Positions 51,374-61,213 of a stretch of DNA of 64,000 bases are shown here, in pieces; within the stretch, counting starts at the first letter, position 1; the number at the start of each line of letters is the position of its first letter. The position numbers and the translations under genes are program-made. The notes under the pieces are model-generated. The model was not told where the DNA came from and did no database searches. It saw nothing but the letters and a program-made list of their open reading frames with translations. Source of the stretch: an uncultured cyanobacterium (GTDB taxonomy: Bacteria > Cyanobacteriota > Cyanobacteriia > PCC-6307 > Cyanobiaceae); the NCBI GenBank assembly GCA_963697335.1, contig CAVONQ010000010.1:64001-128000 (forward strand). Reading direction: 5' to 3'.

Positions 51374-51946
51374 TCAGGCCGCTGGCCTCGACTGGTTGTC
51401 GAGGCGTGAGGAGAGTTCACTCGGGGCCACCGCCATGGGTGCAGTGGGGCCCACCCGGGCCAGTTCGGTGCGGATGGCGCGCAGTTCATCGAGGATGGAG
51501 CTGAGCAGCTGATGGGTGGCGGTGGAAGGGGCGTTGAGCACTTCCACGGTCACCTCCTTGATCCGCAGCACGTCTCTGGCGAAGCGGGCCACCTCATGGG
51601 GATGGAACAGGAGTGGATCCTTCTGATCGCTGCGGTATTCCGGATTGAGGCGCCGAGGGTTGAAGGGGGGATTGAGGTTGCGGGGGTCGGTGTTGGTGTA
51701 GCGATACACCGAAGCCCTCGATCGACTCAGCACCTTCTGCACCTCATCGATGCTGACCAGGGCATCGGGATGACCAGCGTCCGCCGCGGCTGGGATGTCC
51801 GTCCGGCCATCCTCAGGACCACGCCCATCACGAAGGGGCGCGTAGGGCTGGGGCGAGGGCGTTGCCGGGGCTGGGGCGGCAGCTGAGGTGGGACCGGGTC
51901 CCCCGCCAGCGCCCAGGGACCTGGCGTCACCCGCAGGGGAACGCAT
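51374..51946 (-). CDS. Conserved cyanobacterial HTH protein (often labelled 'resolvase')
   Basis: SIDEVQKVLSRSRASVYRYTNT, LNPEYR, FHPHEVARFA; start uncertain. Confidence 0.75.
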   Translation of the reverse strand: MRSPAGDARSLGAGGGPGPTSAAAPAPATPSPQPYAPLRDGRGPEDGRTDIPAAADAGHPDALVSIDEVQKVLSRSRASVYRYTNTDPRNLNPPFNPRRLNPEYRSDQKDPLLFHPHEVARFARDVLRIKEVTVEVLNAPSTATHQLLSSILDELRAIRTELARVGPTAPMAVAPSELSSRLDNQSRPAA

Positions 51947-52101
51947 GAGTCTCAGATGAGATGATTTGGATTGCCCCAAAAAACTAGCAGAGTCCCTGAC
52001 CGGCAGCTGTGACAGCCGTTACGGCCGCCTGCGTGCCCGGTGCTGCGGCCGCCCTCAGGGGTCAGCGGTGGTAGCTTCCGGCCTCCTCGGAACCCTCTGC
52101 C

Positions 52102-53946
52102 ATGCGCGTCTCCCGCCTGATGCTGGTGACGCTCAGGGACGATCCCGCCGAGGCCGAGATTCCATCCCACAAGCTGCTGCTGCGGGCTGGCTACATCCGC
52201 CGGCTGGGCAGCGGCATCTATGCCTACCTGCCCTTGCTCTGGCGAGTGCTGCAGAAGGTGTCGGCGATCGTGCGCCAGGAGATGGAGGCCAGCGGGGCTC
52301 TGGAAACACTGCTGCCCCAGCTGCAGCCGGCCGAGCTCTGGCAGCGCAGTGGCCGCTGGAGCGGCTACACCGACGGTGAAGGGATCATGTTCCACCTGGA
52401 GGATCGCCAGGGGCGCGAACTCGGCCTCGGCCCCACCCACGAGGAGGTGGTGACGGCCCTGGCCGCCGATCTGCTGCGCTCCTACCGCCAGCTGCCGGTG
52501 CATCTTTACCAGATCCAGACCAAGTTCCGCGATGAAATCCGGCCCCGCTTCGGGCTGATGCGGGGGCGGGAGTTCATCATGAAAGACGGCTATTCCTTCC
52601 ACGCCGATGAGGCCTGCCTGCGCCGCACCTACGCCGCCATGGATCAGGCCTACAGCCGTATCTTTCGCCGCTGTGGCCTGCGGGCCGTGGCCGTGGAGGC
52701 CGACAGCGGTGCCATCGGCGGCTCCGCCAGCCAGGAGTTCATGGTCACCGCCGAAACCGGCGAGGACCTGATCCTCAGCAGCCCGGATGGCCGCTACGCC
52801 GCCAACCAGGAGCGCGCCACCGCGCTTGCCCCCGAGGCCCCGCCCCTGGCTGGTGGTCGCCGCCAGGCCGGTGCCGGAGAGCTGCTGAGCACCCCGGGCC
52901 AGGGCACGATCGAGGCCCTGGGCCAGGCCCATGACTTCGCCGCCAGCCAGATCCTCAAGGTGCTGCTGCTGCTGGCCCGCTTCGACGACGGGGCCGAGCT
53001 GCCCCTGCTGGTGAGCCTGAGGGGCGACCAGCAGCTCAACAGCGTGAAGCTGGCCAATGCGGTGACAGCCCGCTGTTCCCCCAGCCACGGCACCCTCCTG
53101 GAGATCACCCCGCTCAGCGAGGAGGCCGTGGCCAGGCAGGGGCTGGCCCCGCTCCCCTTCGGCTACCTGGGGCCCGATCTGGCCGACGCCTGCCTCAAGG
53201 ACGCCCGCCGCTGGACACCGGCCTTCCTGCGCCTGGCGGATGCCACCGCCGCAGAGCTGGACAGCTTTGTGTGCGGCGCGAACCAGCTGGATCACCACCT
53301 GGTGGGAGCGGCCTGGGGGGCGCTCTGCCCGAGGCCCGAGGCCCTCGATCTGCGGGCCGCCCAGCCCGGCGACCGCTGCCTGCATGATCCGGCCCAGCGC
53401 CTGGAGGCCAGCCGCGGCATTGAGGTGGGCCACATCTTTCAGCTGGGCCGCCGCTATTCCACGGCCCTGGGGGCCACCGTCAGCACCGAATCCGGCAGTG
53501 AGGAGGCCCTGTGGATGGGCTGCTACGGCATCGGCGTCTCGCGCCTGGCCCAGGCGGCGGTGGAGCAGCACCATGACGCCAGCGGCATCTGCTGGCCCAC
53601 GGCGATCGCGCCGTTCGAGGTGATCGTGGTGGTGGCCAACACGGCTGAGCCGCTGCAGCTGGCCCTGGGGGAGCAGCTCTACGCCGAGCTCACAGCGGCG
53701 GGGGTGGAGACCCTGCTCGACGACCGCAGCGAGCGGGCCGGGGTGAAGTTCAAGGACGCCGACCTGATCGGCATTCCCTGGAGGGTCGTGGTGGGGCGGG
53801 GTGCGGCCGCCGGCCAGGTGGAACTGGTGCAGCGGGCCGGCAGCCAGCGCACCGACCTGGCGGCCGACGGGCTGCTTGATCGGCTGCTTCCGCGCCTGGT
53901 GGCCGAGCGCAGCGGCCTGCCCGAGCTCCAGGCGCAGCCAGGCTGA
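52102..53946 (+). CDS. proS: Proline--tRNA ligase
   Basis: LGPTHEE, FRDEIRPRFG, IEVGHIFQLG, MGCYGIGVSR. Confidence 0.98.
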   Translation: MRVSRLMLVTLRDDPAEAEIPSHKLLLRAGYIRRLGSGIYAYLPLLWRVLQKVSAIVRQEMEASGALETLLPQLQPAELWQRSGRWSGYTDGEGIMFHLEDRQGRELGLGPTHEEVVTALAADLLRSYRQLPVHLYQIQTKFRDEIRPRFGLMRGREFIMKDGYSFHADEACLRRTYAAMDQAYSRIFRRCGLRAVAVEADSGAIGGSASQEFMVTAETGEDLILSSPDGRYAANQERATALAPEAPPLAGGRRQAGAGELLSTPGQGTIEALGQAHDFAASQILKVLLLLARFDDGAELPLLVSLRGDQQLNSVKLANAVTARCSPSHGTLLEITPLSEEAVARQGLAPLPFGYLGPDLADACLKDARRWTPAFLRLADATAAELDSFVCGANQLDHHLVGAAWGALCPRPEALDLRAAQPGDRCLHDPAQRLEASRGIEVGHIFQLGRRYSTALGATVSTESGSEEALWMGCYGIGVSRLAQAAVEQHHDASGICWPTAIAPFEVIVVVANTAEPLQLALGEQLYAELTAAGVETLLDDRSERAGVKFKDADLIGIPWRVVVGRGAAAGQVELVQRAGSQRTDLAADGLLDRLLPRLVAERSGLPELQAQPG

Positions 53947-54005
53947 TCGGTCTGGCCAGGGGCGAAAGGCGTGGTCCGTAAGATCGTCCAATCCGCACCC
54001 ACGCC

Positions 54006-54437
54006 ATGGCCGCCGACCTTCTGAGCTCCCTTCGGCGCCTGGTTGGCAGCTGGGGGCGATCCCTGCTGGCCGGCTGCCTGGGGCTGTGTCTGATGCTGGC
54101 CGGCTGCAGCAGCGCCGATGGGCTCAGCGGCCGCTACGTGGACGACACCATGGCGGTGGCCGACCTGCTGATCACCACCGTCGGTCTCGAGGCCGACGAT
54201 CCCTCCCGTCCCGAGGCGGAGAATGAGGCCCGCGGATTGATCAACGACTACATGGCCCGTTACCGCCCCCGCAACGCCGTGAATGGGCTCTCCTCCTTCA
54301 CCACGATGCAGACGGCGCTGAATTCCCTCGCCGGGCACTACGCCAACTACCCCAACCGACCGCTGCCCGATGCCCTGCGCGAGCGGGTCAGCAAGGAGCT
54401 GCTGAAGGCCGAGAAGAGCGTGGTGCGCGGCGCCTGA
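54006..54437 (+). CDS. psb27: Photosystem II assembly lipoprotein Psb27
   Basis: Lipobox LAGC, SFTTMQTALNSLAGHY..YPNRPLP. Confidence 0.95.
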   Translation: MAADLLSSLRRLVGSWGRSLLAGCLGLCLMLAGCSSADGLSGRYVDDTMAVADLLITTVGLEADDPSRPEAENEARGLINDYMARYRPRNAVNGLSSFTTMQTALNSLAGHYANYPNRPLPDALRERVSKELLKAEKSVVRGA

Positions 54438-54515
54438 GGCGCCCGGTTCTTTTGACGAACGGGACCTTGATCTGAGAGTCTCTGCAGTTGTGCTCTGAAG
54501 CGGCTGCGGGCCGCC

Positions 54516-55835
54516 GTGTCCTTGGCCAACGTCGTCGTCATCGGTGCTCAGTGGGGTGACGAGGGAAAAGGCAAGATCACGGATCTGCTGAGCCGCTCGG
54601 CCGATGTGGTCGTGCGCTACCAAGGCGGCGTCAACGCCGGTCACACCATTGTGGTGGACGACAAGGTGCTCAAGCTGCACCTGATCCCCTCCGGCATCCT
54701 CTACCCCGATACCATCTGCCTGATCGGTTCCGGCACGGTGGTGGACCCGAGGGTGATGCTCGAGGAGCTGGACATGTTGCTGGGCTTCGGCATCGATGTG
54801 AGCGGCCTGCGGCTCGCCTCCACGGCCCACGTGACCATGCCCTACCACCGCCTGCTGGATCAGGCCATGGAGCGGCGTCGCGGCGACCGGCGCATCGGCA
54901 CCACCGGCCGCGGCATCGGCCCCACCTATGCCGACAAGGCGGAGCGCAATGGCATCCGCGTGATCGACCTGCTCGATGGCGATCGGCTGCGGGATCGCCT
55001 GGCCGGTCCGCTGGCCGAGAAGAACGAAATCCTGGAGAAGCTCTACGGCATCGAGCCCCTCGACTTCGAGTCCGTGGTGGAGGACTACCTGGGCTACGGG
55101 GAGCGCCTGGCCCCCCACGTGGTGGACTGCACCCGCACCATCCACGAGGCCGCCCGCGCCCGCCAGAACATCCTGTTCGAGGGGGCCCAGGGCACGCTGC
55201 TTGACCTCGACCACGGCACCTATCCCTACGTCACCTCGTCCAATCCGGTGAGCGGCGGCGCCTGCATCGGCGCCGGGGTGGGCCCCACCCTGATCGACCG
55301 GGTGATCGGCGTGGCCAAGGCCTACACGACCCGCGTCGGCGAGGGCCCCTTCCCCACCGAGCTGCAGGGCAGCCTCAACGACCACCTCTGTGATCGCGGC
55401 GGCGAATACGGCACCACCACCGGCCGCCGCCGGCGCTGCGGCTGGTTCGATGGCGTGATCGGCCGCTACGCCGTGGAGGTGAACGGGCTCGACTGCCTGG
55501 CGGTGACCAAGCTCGACGTGCTCGATGAACTCGACACCATCCAGGTGTGCGTGGCCTACGAACTCGACGGTGTGCGCATCGAACACTTCCCCAGCAGTGC
55601 TGAGGTGTTCGCCCGCTGCAAGCCGATCTACGAGACCCTGCCGGGCTGGCAGACCTCCACGGCCGAGTGCCGCAACTTTGATGAGCTCCCCGCCACGGCG
55701 ATGAGCTACCTGCGGTTCCTGGCGGAGCTGATGGAGGTGCCGATCGCGATCATCTCCCTGGGGGCCGACCGCGACCAGACGATCGTGATGGAAGACCCGA
55801 TCCACGGCCCCAAACGCGCCCTCCTCAGCGCCTGA
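54516..55835 (+). CDS. purA: Adenylosuccinate synthetase
   Basis: [33 protein letters not shown]. Confidence 0.98.
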   Translation: MSLANVVVIGAQWGDEGKGKITDLLSRSADVVVRYQGGVNAGHTIVVDDKVLKLHLIPSGILYPDTICLIGSGTVVDPRVMLEELDMLLGFGIDVSGLRLASTAHVTMPYHRLLDQAMERRRGDRRIGTTGRGIGPTYADKAERNGIRVIDLLDGDRLRDRLAGPLAEKNEILEKLYGIEPLDFESVVEDYLGYGERLAPHVVDCTRTIHEAARARQNILFEGAQGTLLDLDHGTYPYVTSSNPVSGGACIGAGVGPTLIDRVIGVAKAYTTRVGEGPFPTELQGSLNDHLCDRGGEYGTTTGRRRRCGWFDGVIGRYAVEVNGLDCLAVTKLDVLDELDTIQVCVAYELDGVRIEHFPSSAEVFARCKPIYETLPGWQTSTAECRNFDELPATAMSYLRFLAELMEVPIAIISLGADRDQTIVMEDPIHGPKRALLSA

Positions 55836-55840
55836 CCCCC

Positions 55841-56842
55841 ATGACCGTCAAGAGCCTCGATGTCGTCGGCATCGGCAACGCCATCGTGGATGTGCTGGTG
55901 CACGCCGACGACGCCTTCCTCGCCAGCGAGGGCCTCACCAAGGGCACCATGGCCCTGGTGGATGCCGAGCAGGCTGAGCAGCTCTACGCCCGGGTGGGGG
56001 CAGGCCTGGAAACCTCCGGTGGTTCGGCCGCCAACACCCTGGCCGGGGTGGCCCAGCTGGGAGGGCGGGCCGGTTTCATCGGCCGGGTGCGGGACGACCA
56101 GCTGGGGGCCATCTTTGCCCATGACATCCGCGCCGCAGGGGCCCGCTTCGAAACACCCGCCGCCACGCAGGGGCCCTCCACGGCCCGCTGCCTGATCCTG
56201 GTGAGCCCCGATGCCCAGCGCACCATGTGCACCTACCTGGGCGCGTCGGTGGGCCTCGATCCCGCCGACCTCGATCTCTCGATGGTGGCTGACGCCAAGC
56301 TGCTCTACCTGGAGGGCTATCTCTGGGACAGCGATGCCGCCAAGCAGGCCTTCATCGCGGCGGCGGAGGTGGCCCGCGCCCACGGCGGCCAGGTGGCCCT
56401 CAGCCTCTCGGATGCGTTCTGTGTGGAGCGCCATCGCGACAGCTTCCAGGAGCTCGTCGATGGCCACGTCGACATTCTCTTCGCCAATGAGCAGGAAATC
56501 CTGTCGCTGTACGGAAGCGAGAGCTTCGAGGCCGCGGTGGAGCAGGTGAGGGGCCGCTGCCGCATCGCCGCCCTCACCCGCAGCGAGGCGGGATCCCTGG
56601 TGCTGGAAGGCCCCCGCAGCCACCGGATCGAGCCCTTCCGGCTGGGGCCCCTGGTGGACACCACCGGCGCCGGCGATCTCTATGCCGCCGGATTCCTGCA
56701 CGGCCTGGCCCAGGGCTGGGACGTCCAGCGCTGCGGACGCCTGGGCTCCCTCTGCGCCGGCCAGGTGGTGACCCAGCTCGGCCCCAGGCCCCAGCAGGAT
56801 CTCCAGGCCCTGGCGGCCGCTCACCTGGGCGTCAGCGCCTAG
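55841..56842 (+). CDS. PfkB family kinase (adenosine kinase-like)
   Basis: GIGNAIVD, GGSAANT, DTTGAGDLYAAGF. Confidence 0.92.
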   Translation: MTVKSLDVVGIGNAIVDVLVHADDAFLASEGLTKGTMALVDAEQAEQLYARVGAGLETSGGSAANTLAGVAQLGGRAGFIGRVRDDQLGAIFAHDIRAAGARFETPAATQGPSTARCLILVSPDAQRTMCTYLGASVGLDPADLDLSMVADAKLLYLEGYLWDSDAAKQAFIAAAEVARAHGGQVALSLSDAFCVERHRDSFQELVDGHVDILFANEQEILSLYGSESFEAAVEQVRGRCRIAALTRSEAGSLVLEGPRSHRIEPFRLGPLVDTTGAGDLYAAGFLHGLAQGWDVQRCGRLGSLCAGQVVTQLGPRPQQDLQALAAAHLGVSA

Positions 56843-57681
56843 CCGGTCGCCCCGGGCCACGTCGCCAGCCGCTCCAGCAAGGCCGTCTGGTTCAGGCCTG
56901 AGCTCTGCGGGTCCTCTGCTGGGCGCTGCAGCAACAACAGACGGCAGCCCTGGCTGCGGGCGATGTGGCGCCAGCGCTGCTCCGGTTCCCCACCGGACTG
57001 GCGCGCCAGGATCACCTCGATCCCCCAGCGACGCACCAGGGCCGCTTCGATCAGCCCGTCCCTGGTCGGCCGCAGGCAGGCCACCCGCTCGGCAGGCAGG
57101 CCGGCCGCCATGGCCTGCTGCAGCCCGAAGGCCGTCGGCAGCAGCCGGGCGTGATGGTGGGCCCCGGGGCTGAGGCTCACCGCGGCAGGCAACTGGCGCG
57201 CGCCCAGGGCCAGCAGCAGCCTGGTGCCCGCCAGCGGCTGAGGCTCCAGGGCCGCCAACCCGGCCAGCAGGGTGGGGCTGGAGGCCTTGGCTCCAGGGCC
57301 GGCGCCCTGCGGCCCATCGCACCAGGGACGCTGCAGGCGCAGCAGGGGCAGGTCCGCTGCCCGGCAGCCGGCCGCCAGGGTGGCCTGGATCGTGGTCGCA
57401 AAGGGATGGGTGGCATCGAGCACCAGGGCGAAGGGATCCCCCTGCTGCTGGGCCCGCCGCAGGGCCAGCTCCAGAGCCTGGGGGCCGGCCAGGGCTCCGC
57501 TCAACAGCTCGAGGTCCGGGAGCTCGCCATAGGCCCGGCCGGCCTCCGCGCTCACCACGCTCACCCGCAGGCGCCAGCCCTGGCGCTGCAGGGCGGCGGC
57601 CAACGGCGGCCCCTCCCCCGTGCCGGCAAACAGCCAGAGGCGGCGGGATGCACCGAAGACTGGGGCCCCAGGGCCTGGCAT
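56839..57681 (-). CDS. cobK: Precorrin-6A / cobalt-precorrin-6A reductase
   Basis: LFAGTGEG, LDATHPFA, RQSGG, LQRP. Confidence 0.9.
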   Translation of the reverse strand: MPGPGAPVFGASRRLWLFAGTGEGPPLAAALQRQGWRLRVSVVSAEAGRAYGELPDLELLSGALAGPQALELALRRAQQQGDPFALVLDATHPFATTIQATLAAGCRAADLPLLRLQRPWCDGPQGAGPGAKASSPTLLAGLAALEPQPLAGTRLLLALGARQLPAAVSLSPGAHHHARLLPTAFGLQQAMAAGLPAERVACLRPTRDGLIEAALVRRWGIEVILARQSGGEPEQRWRHIARSQGCRLLLLQRPAEDPQSSGLNQTALLERLATWPGATG

Positions 57682-57720
57682 CGAACCCCCCCTGCCGCTC
57701 GATCAGTCTGCCCAGAATGG

Positions 57721-57758
57721 CCCTCTGGCATCGGGCAAGCCCTCTGGCATCGGGCAAG
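57721..57758. repeat. Perfect 19-bp tandem duplication
   Basis: CCCTCTGGCATCGGGCAAG twice (57721-57739, 57740-57758). Confidence 0.95.
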
Positions 57759-57786
57759 ATGATCTGGCTGTGCCAGGGGCTGGGGC

Positions 57787-58311
57787 GTGAATCACTGTCT
57801 GTTGGAAGTGGATGTGCTGGAAGCACCCCAGGTCCGTTACACCCAGGACAACCAGACCCCCGTCGCCGAGATGGCAGTGCAGTTCGACGCTCTGCGCCCC
57901 GACGATCCGCCGGGCCAGCTCAAGGTGGTGGGCTGGGGCAACCTGGCCCAGGACCTGCAGAACCGGGTGCAGGTGGGTCAGCGGCTGATGATCGAGGGCC
58001 GCATGCGCATGACCACGGTCACCAGGCAGGACGGCGTCAAGGAGAAGCGGGCGGAGTTCACCCTTTCCCGTCTTCACCCCATCGGAGCAGGGATGGCTTC
58101 CCCGCCGATGGCGATGGCCCAGCCAGCTGCTACGGCCACCGTTGCCAGCCGTACGGGCCCTGCCCCAGGACGTCCTGTTCCCGCCGCTCCGACCCCGGCC
58201 CGGTCCGCCCCGCCCGCTGCGGCTCAGCCCGCCCGCGTCGAGCCCCCCACCTGGAACACCTCGCCCCTGGTGCCGGAGCTGCCGGAGGGAGACGACGACA
58301 TCCCGTTCTGA
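57787..58311 (+). CDS. ssb: Single-stranded DNA-binding protein
   Basis: OB fold (PQVRYTQD, VVGWG, IEGRM) and acidic DDDIPF tail. Confidence 0.9.
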   Translation: MNHCLLEVDVLEAPQVRYTQDNQTPVAEMAVQFDALRPDDPPGQLKVVGWGNLAQDLQNRVQVGQRLMIEGRMRMTTVTRQDGVKEKRAEFTLSRLHPIGAGMASPPMAMAQPAATATVASRTGPAPGRPVPAAPTPARSAPPAAAQPARVEPPTWNTSPLVPELPEGDDDIPF

Positions 58312-58314
58312 GCC

Positions 58315-58542
58315 TCAGCCGGCGCTGGCCTGATCCGGGCCCACGCGGTCGAGCAGTTCGCCCAGTTCGCGCTCCAGGGCGGCCAGGTCGAGGCGCCATT
58401 CGGGCCAGGCGCCCGAGTCGATCTGGCGCAGCAGCCAGAGCCGGTCGGTCTGGAGCTGGCGGATCAGGGCCGCCGTGCTGATCGCCGTCGCCGGTTCCGG
58501 GCCGCCGGCGCCGTCCACGGGTTGGCTGGGGTCACTGCTCAT
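58315..58542 (-). CDS. Small conserved hypothetical protein
   Basis: LIRQLQTDRLWLLRQIDSGAWPEWRLDLAALERELGELL, helical; fills the ssb-DUF2854 gap. Confidence 0.65.
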   Translation of the reverse strand: MSSDPSQPVDGAGGPEPATAISTAALIRQLQTDRLWLLRQIDSGAWPEWRLDLAALERELGELLDRVGPDQASAG

Positions 58543-58575
58543 CTCGGGGCCCACGGCGTACAGGAAGATGGCGTC

Positions 58576-59121
58576 ATGCAAGCACTTTTCTCGCCCGGCA
58601 GCCTCGTCACCCTGGCCGGCGCCGCCCTCTCGGTGATCGGCTGGATCGGCTACGCCTCCGGCAACCCGAACCTGAGCCTGCCGACGATCTTCTATGGCAT
58701 CCCCATCCTGCTGGGCGGTCTGGCCCTGAAGTCGTCGGAGCTGCCGCCGCCGCGGCGCGTCACCCCGGCCGGGGTCCACAGCGCCCTGCGTCAGTTGCCC
58801 GAGAGCGAACCCCTGCGCAAGCTGCTTGCCGATGTGATGCGTTGGCGCTACGGCCAGAAGGCCCACCTGGAAAGCTCGCTGGAGGTGCTCAAGCTCTGGG
58901 ATGAGGATGCCCCGCCCCAGCTGCTGTCCGTGGAGGAGCTGGACGAGCAGGGGCGCTATGGCCTCAAGCTCCGCTTTGACGCCGGTGGCGTGCCCTTCGA
59001 GCGCTGGCAGGCCAAGCAGGAGCGCCTGGGTCGCTTCTTCGGGGAGGGCCTCACGGCCGAACTCGAGCCCCTGGAAGGCCGTCGCTTCAACCTCCGTCTC
59101 CTGCTTGCCCCTGCCGCCTGA
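58576..59121 (+). CDS. DUF2854 family protein
   Basis: FYGIPILLGGLALKSSELPP, RWRYGQKAHLESSLE, LGRFFG. Confidence 0.8.
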   Translation: MQALFSPGSLVTLAGAALSVIGWIGYASGNPNLSLPTIFYGIPILLGGLALKSSELPPPRRVTPAGVHSALRQLPESEPLRKLLADVMRWRYGQKAHLESSLEVLKLWDEDAPPQLLSVEELDEQGRYGLKLRFDAGGVPFERWQAKQERLGRFFGEGLTAELEPLEGRRFNLRLLLAPAA

Positions 59122-59187
59122 GGTCGGCCTTTGCTCAGGCGCCATGACGGCCACCCTTCTCCCCCTTCAGATTTCAGCCCTGTTCCC

Positions 59188-60090
59188 GTGAGCTCCGACA
59201 CCGCCATCAGCCACACCGATGCCCTGCGGGTGTCCGTGCTCAGCGAGGCCCTGCCTTACATCCAGCGCTTCCGTGGCCGCCGGGTGGTGGTGAAGTACGG
59301 CGGTGCCGCCATGGCCCGCGCCGACCTGAGGGACGCGGTGTACCGCGATCTGGCCCTGCTCACCTCGGTGGGGGTGCGGCCGGTGATCGTGCATGGCGGC
59401 GGCCCGGAGATCAACGAGTGGCTGGCCCGTCTGCAGATCGAGCCCGAATTCAAGGGAGGACTGAGGGTCACCACCCCCGAAACCATGGATGTGGTGGAGA
59501 TGGTGCTGGTGGGCCGGGTCAACAAGCAGATCGTCAACGGGCTCAACAAGCTCGGGGGCCGGGCCGTGGGGCTCTGTGGCAGCGACGGCTCCCTGGTCAC
59601 GGCCCGGCCCTACGGCGAGGGCCGCAACGGCCTGGTGGGGGAGGTGGCCGCCGTCAATCCCGCCGTGCTGCTGCCCCTGCTCGAGGCTGGCTATGTGCCG
59701 GTGATCTCCAGCGTGGCCGCCGACCCCGAGGGCCAGGCCCACAACATCAATGCCGACACGGTGGCGGGCGAGCTGGCCGCGGCGCTGCAGGCGGAGAAGC
59801 TGATCCTGCTTACCGACACCCCCGGGATCCTGCGCGACCGCCACGATCCTTCCACCCTGGTGCGCCAGCTCACCCTGGCCGGGGCCCGCGAGCTGATCGC
59901 CAGCGGCGTGGTGGAGGGGGGCATGACCCCCAAGACCGAGTGCTGCATAAGGGCCCTGGCCCAGGGGGTCGCGGCCGCCCACATCATCGATGGCCGCATC
60001 CCCCATGCCCTGTTGCTGGAGGTGTTCACCAATGCCGGCATCGGCACGATGGTGGTGGGCAGCCCCCAGCTGCTGGATGGCAGGCAGTGA
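59188..60090 (+). CDS. argB: Acetylglutamate kinase
   Basis: [29 protein letters not shown]; start uncertain. Confidence 0.96.
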   Translation: MSSDTAISHTDALRVSVLSEALPYIQRFRGRRVVVKYGGAAMARADLRDAVYRDLALLTSVGVRPVIVHGGGPEINEWLARLQIEPEFKGGLRVTTPETMDVVEMVLVGRVNKQIVNGLNKLGGRAVGLCGSDGSLVTARPYGEGRNGLVGEVAAVNPAVLLPLLEAGYVPVISSVAADPEGQAHNINADTVAGELAAALQAEKLILLTDTPGILRDRHDPSTLVRQLTLAGARELIASGVVEGGMTPKTECCIRALAQGVAAAHIIDGRIPHALLLEVFTNAGIGTMVVGSPQLLDGRQ

Positions 60091-61199
60091 GCATGGAGAG
60101 CGAGGATCCCTGCGCCGGGGCCCGGCGCTGCCTGGAGCGGGGCGACTACGGCCAGGCCCTGCGCGCCCTGGAGCCCCTGGTGTCCAGCTTCCCTCCCGCC
60201 ACGGCGGAGGGGGCCCAGATCCAGCTGCTGATGGCCACGGCCTGGATGGGCCAGGGCAATGCGCTGCGGGCGGTCGCCTGTTGCCGCCAGGTGAAGCGCT
60301 GCTCCGATGCCACCCTGCGTGCCCAGGCCAAGGATCTGCTGGAGGTGCTGGAGGCGCCGGCCCTGGAGCGGCCGCGCCGCTGGTCGATCACCCTGCCGGA
60401 GCTGGGTGAGGCCGAATCGGTCACCGGCCGCCTGCAGCAGGTGGCCCGCAGCCGTCGAGCCCAACGGCCGCCGCCGCCGCCGGCGCCCCCGGTGGGGCCC
60501 ACCCGGGCACCGGTGGGATTCGGAGCCCTGGTGCTGGTGCTGCTGCTGATCAGCCTGCTGCTCGGGGGCTGCGGGGCCGTGCACGCTGAACTCCACTTCC
60601 ATGGTCCGGGCCGGCTTCAGGTGGGCCAACGCCTGGAGCGGGGCCCCACGGCTGTGGCGACCCCCTGGGAGCAGGGTCTGCTCCAGGCGCTGCAGCAGGC
60701 GGGCCTCAGGCCGGACGGCGCCAGTGAGCCAGGCCACGACCATCTGCAGGGGGCGACGATGCCGGCCGTCCAGGCCCTGGAGCTGCTCGCGGCCAACCTC
60801 GGGGACGCCGCCCGCCTGGCGGGGGTGGAGCTGCCTGTGCCGGAGCTGCTCTGGCAGGAGCGCAACTGGCTGGTGGGGGTGCAGCAGCGGCTGTCGGTGG
60901 CGGTGGATCTGCGCGGTGCCGATCCCGTGCCTGGCGCTGATTTCAGCCTGGATCTGGAGCCGCTCCGGCTGGCGGCGATCCGTCTGGCCAGTCCGGAGTC
61001 GGCGCGGGCCCTGCACGGCTCCGGGGGGGTGCGCTGGCCCCTGCACCTCGGCGCCGACAACCACCTGCAGGTGGCCTGCTGGCGCTGGAGTCCCCTGGGG
61101 CTGGGGGCGGGCCTGATCCTGTTGGCCCTGGGGCTGGTGTCTGCCCTGGGCCGGCTGCGCCAGCAGCTGGGGTTCGGGCTGCCCCAGCTGCCCTCCTAG
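60087..61199 (+). CDS. TPR-like / DUF3153-type membrane protein
   Basis: [13 protein letters not shown]-like N-terminus, [12 protein letters not shown], internal LLLGGC, C-terminal TM. Confidence 0.7.
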   Translation: MSMESEDPCAGARRCLERGDYGQALRALEPLVSSFPPATAEGAQIQLLMATAWMGQGNALRAVACCRQVKRCSDATLRAQAKDLLEVLEAPALERPRRWSITLPELGEAESVTGRLQQVARSRRAQRPPPPPAPPVGPTRAPVGFGALVLVLLLISLLLGGCGAVHAELHFHGPGRLQVGQRLERGPTAVATPWEQGLLQALQQAGLRPDGASEPGHDHLQGATMPAVQALELLAANLGDAARLAGVELPVPELLWQERNWLVGVQQRLSVAVDLRGADPVPGADFSLDLEPLRLAAIRLASPESARALHGSGGVRWPLHLGADNHLQVACWRWSPLGLGAGLILLALGLVSALGRLRQQLGFGLPQLPS

Positions 61200-61213
61200 G
61201 AGGGTGGCTGGGG

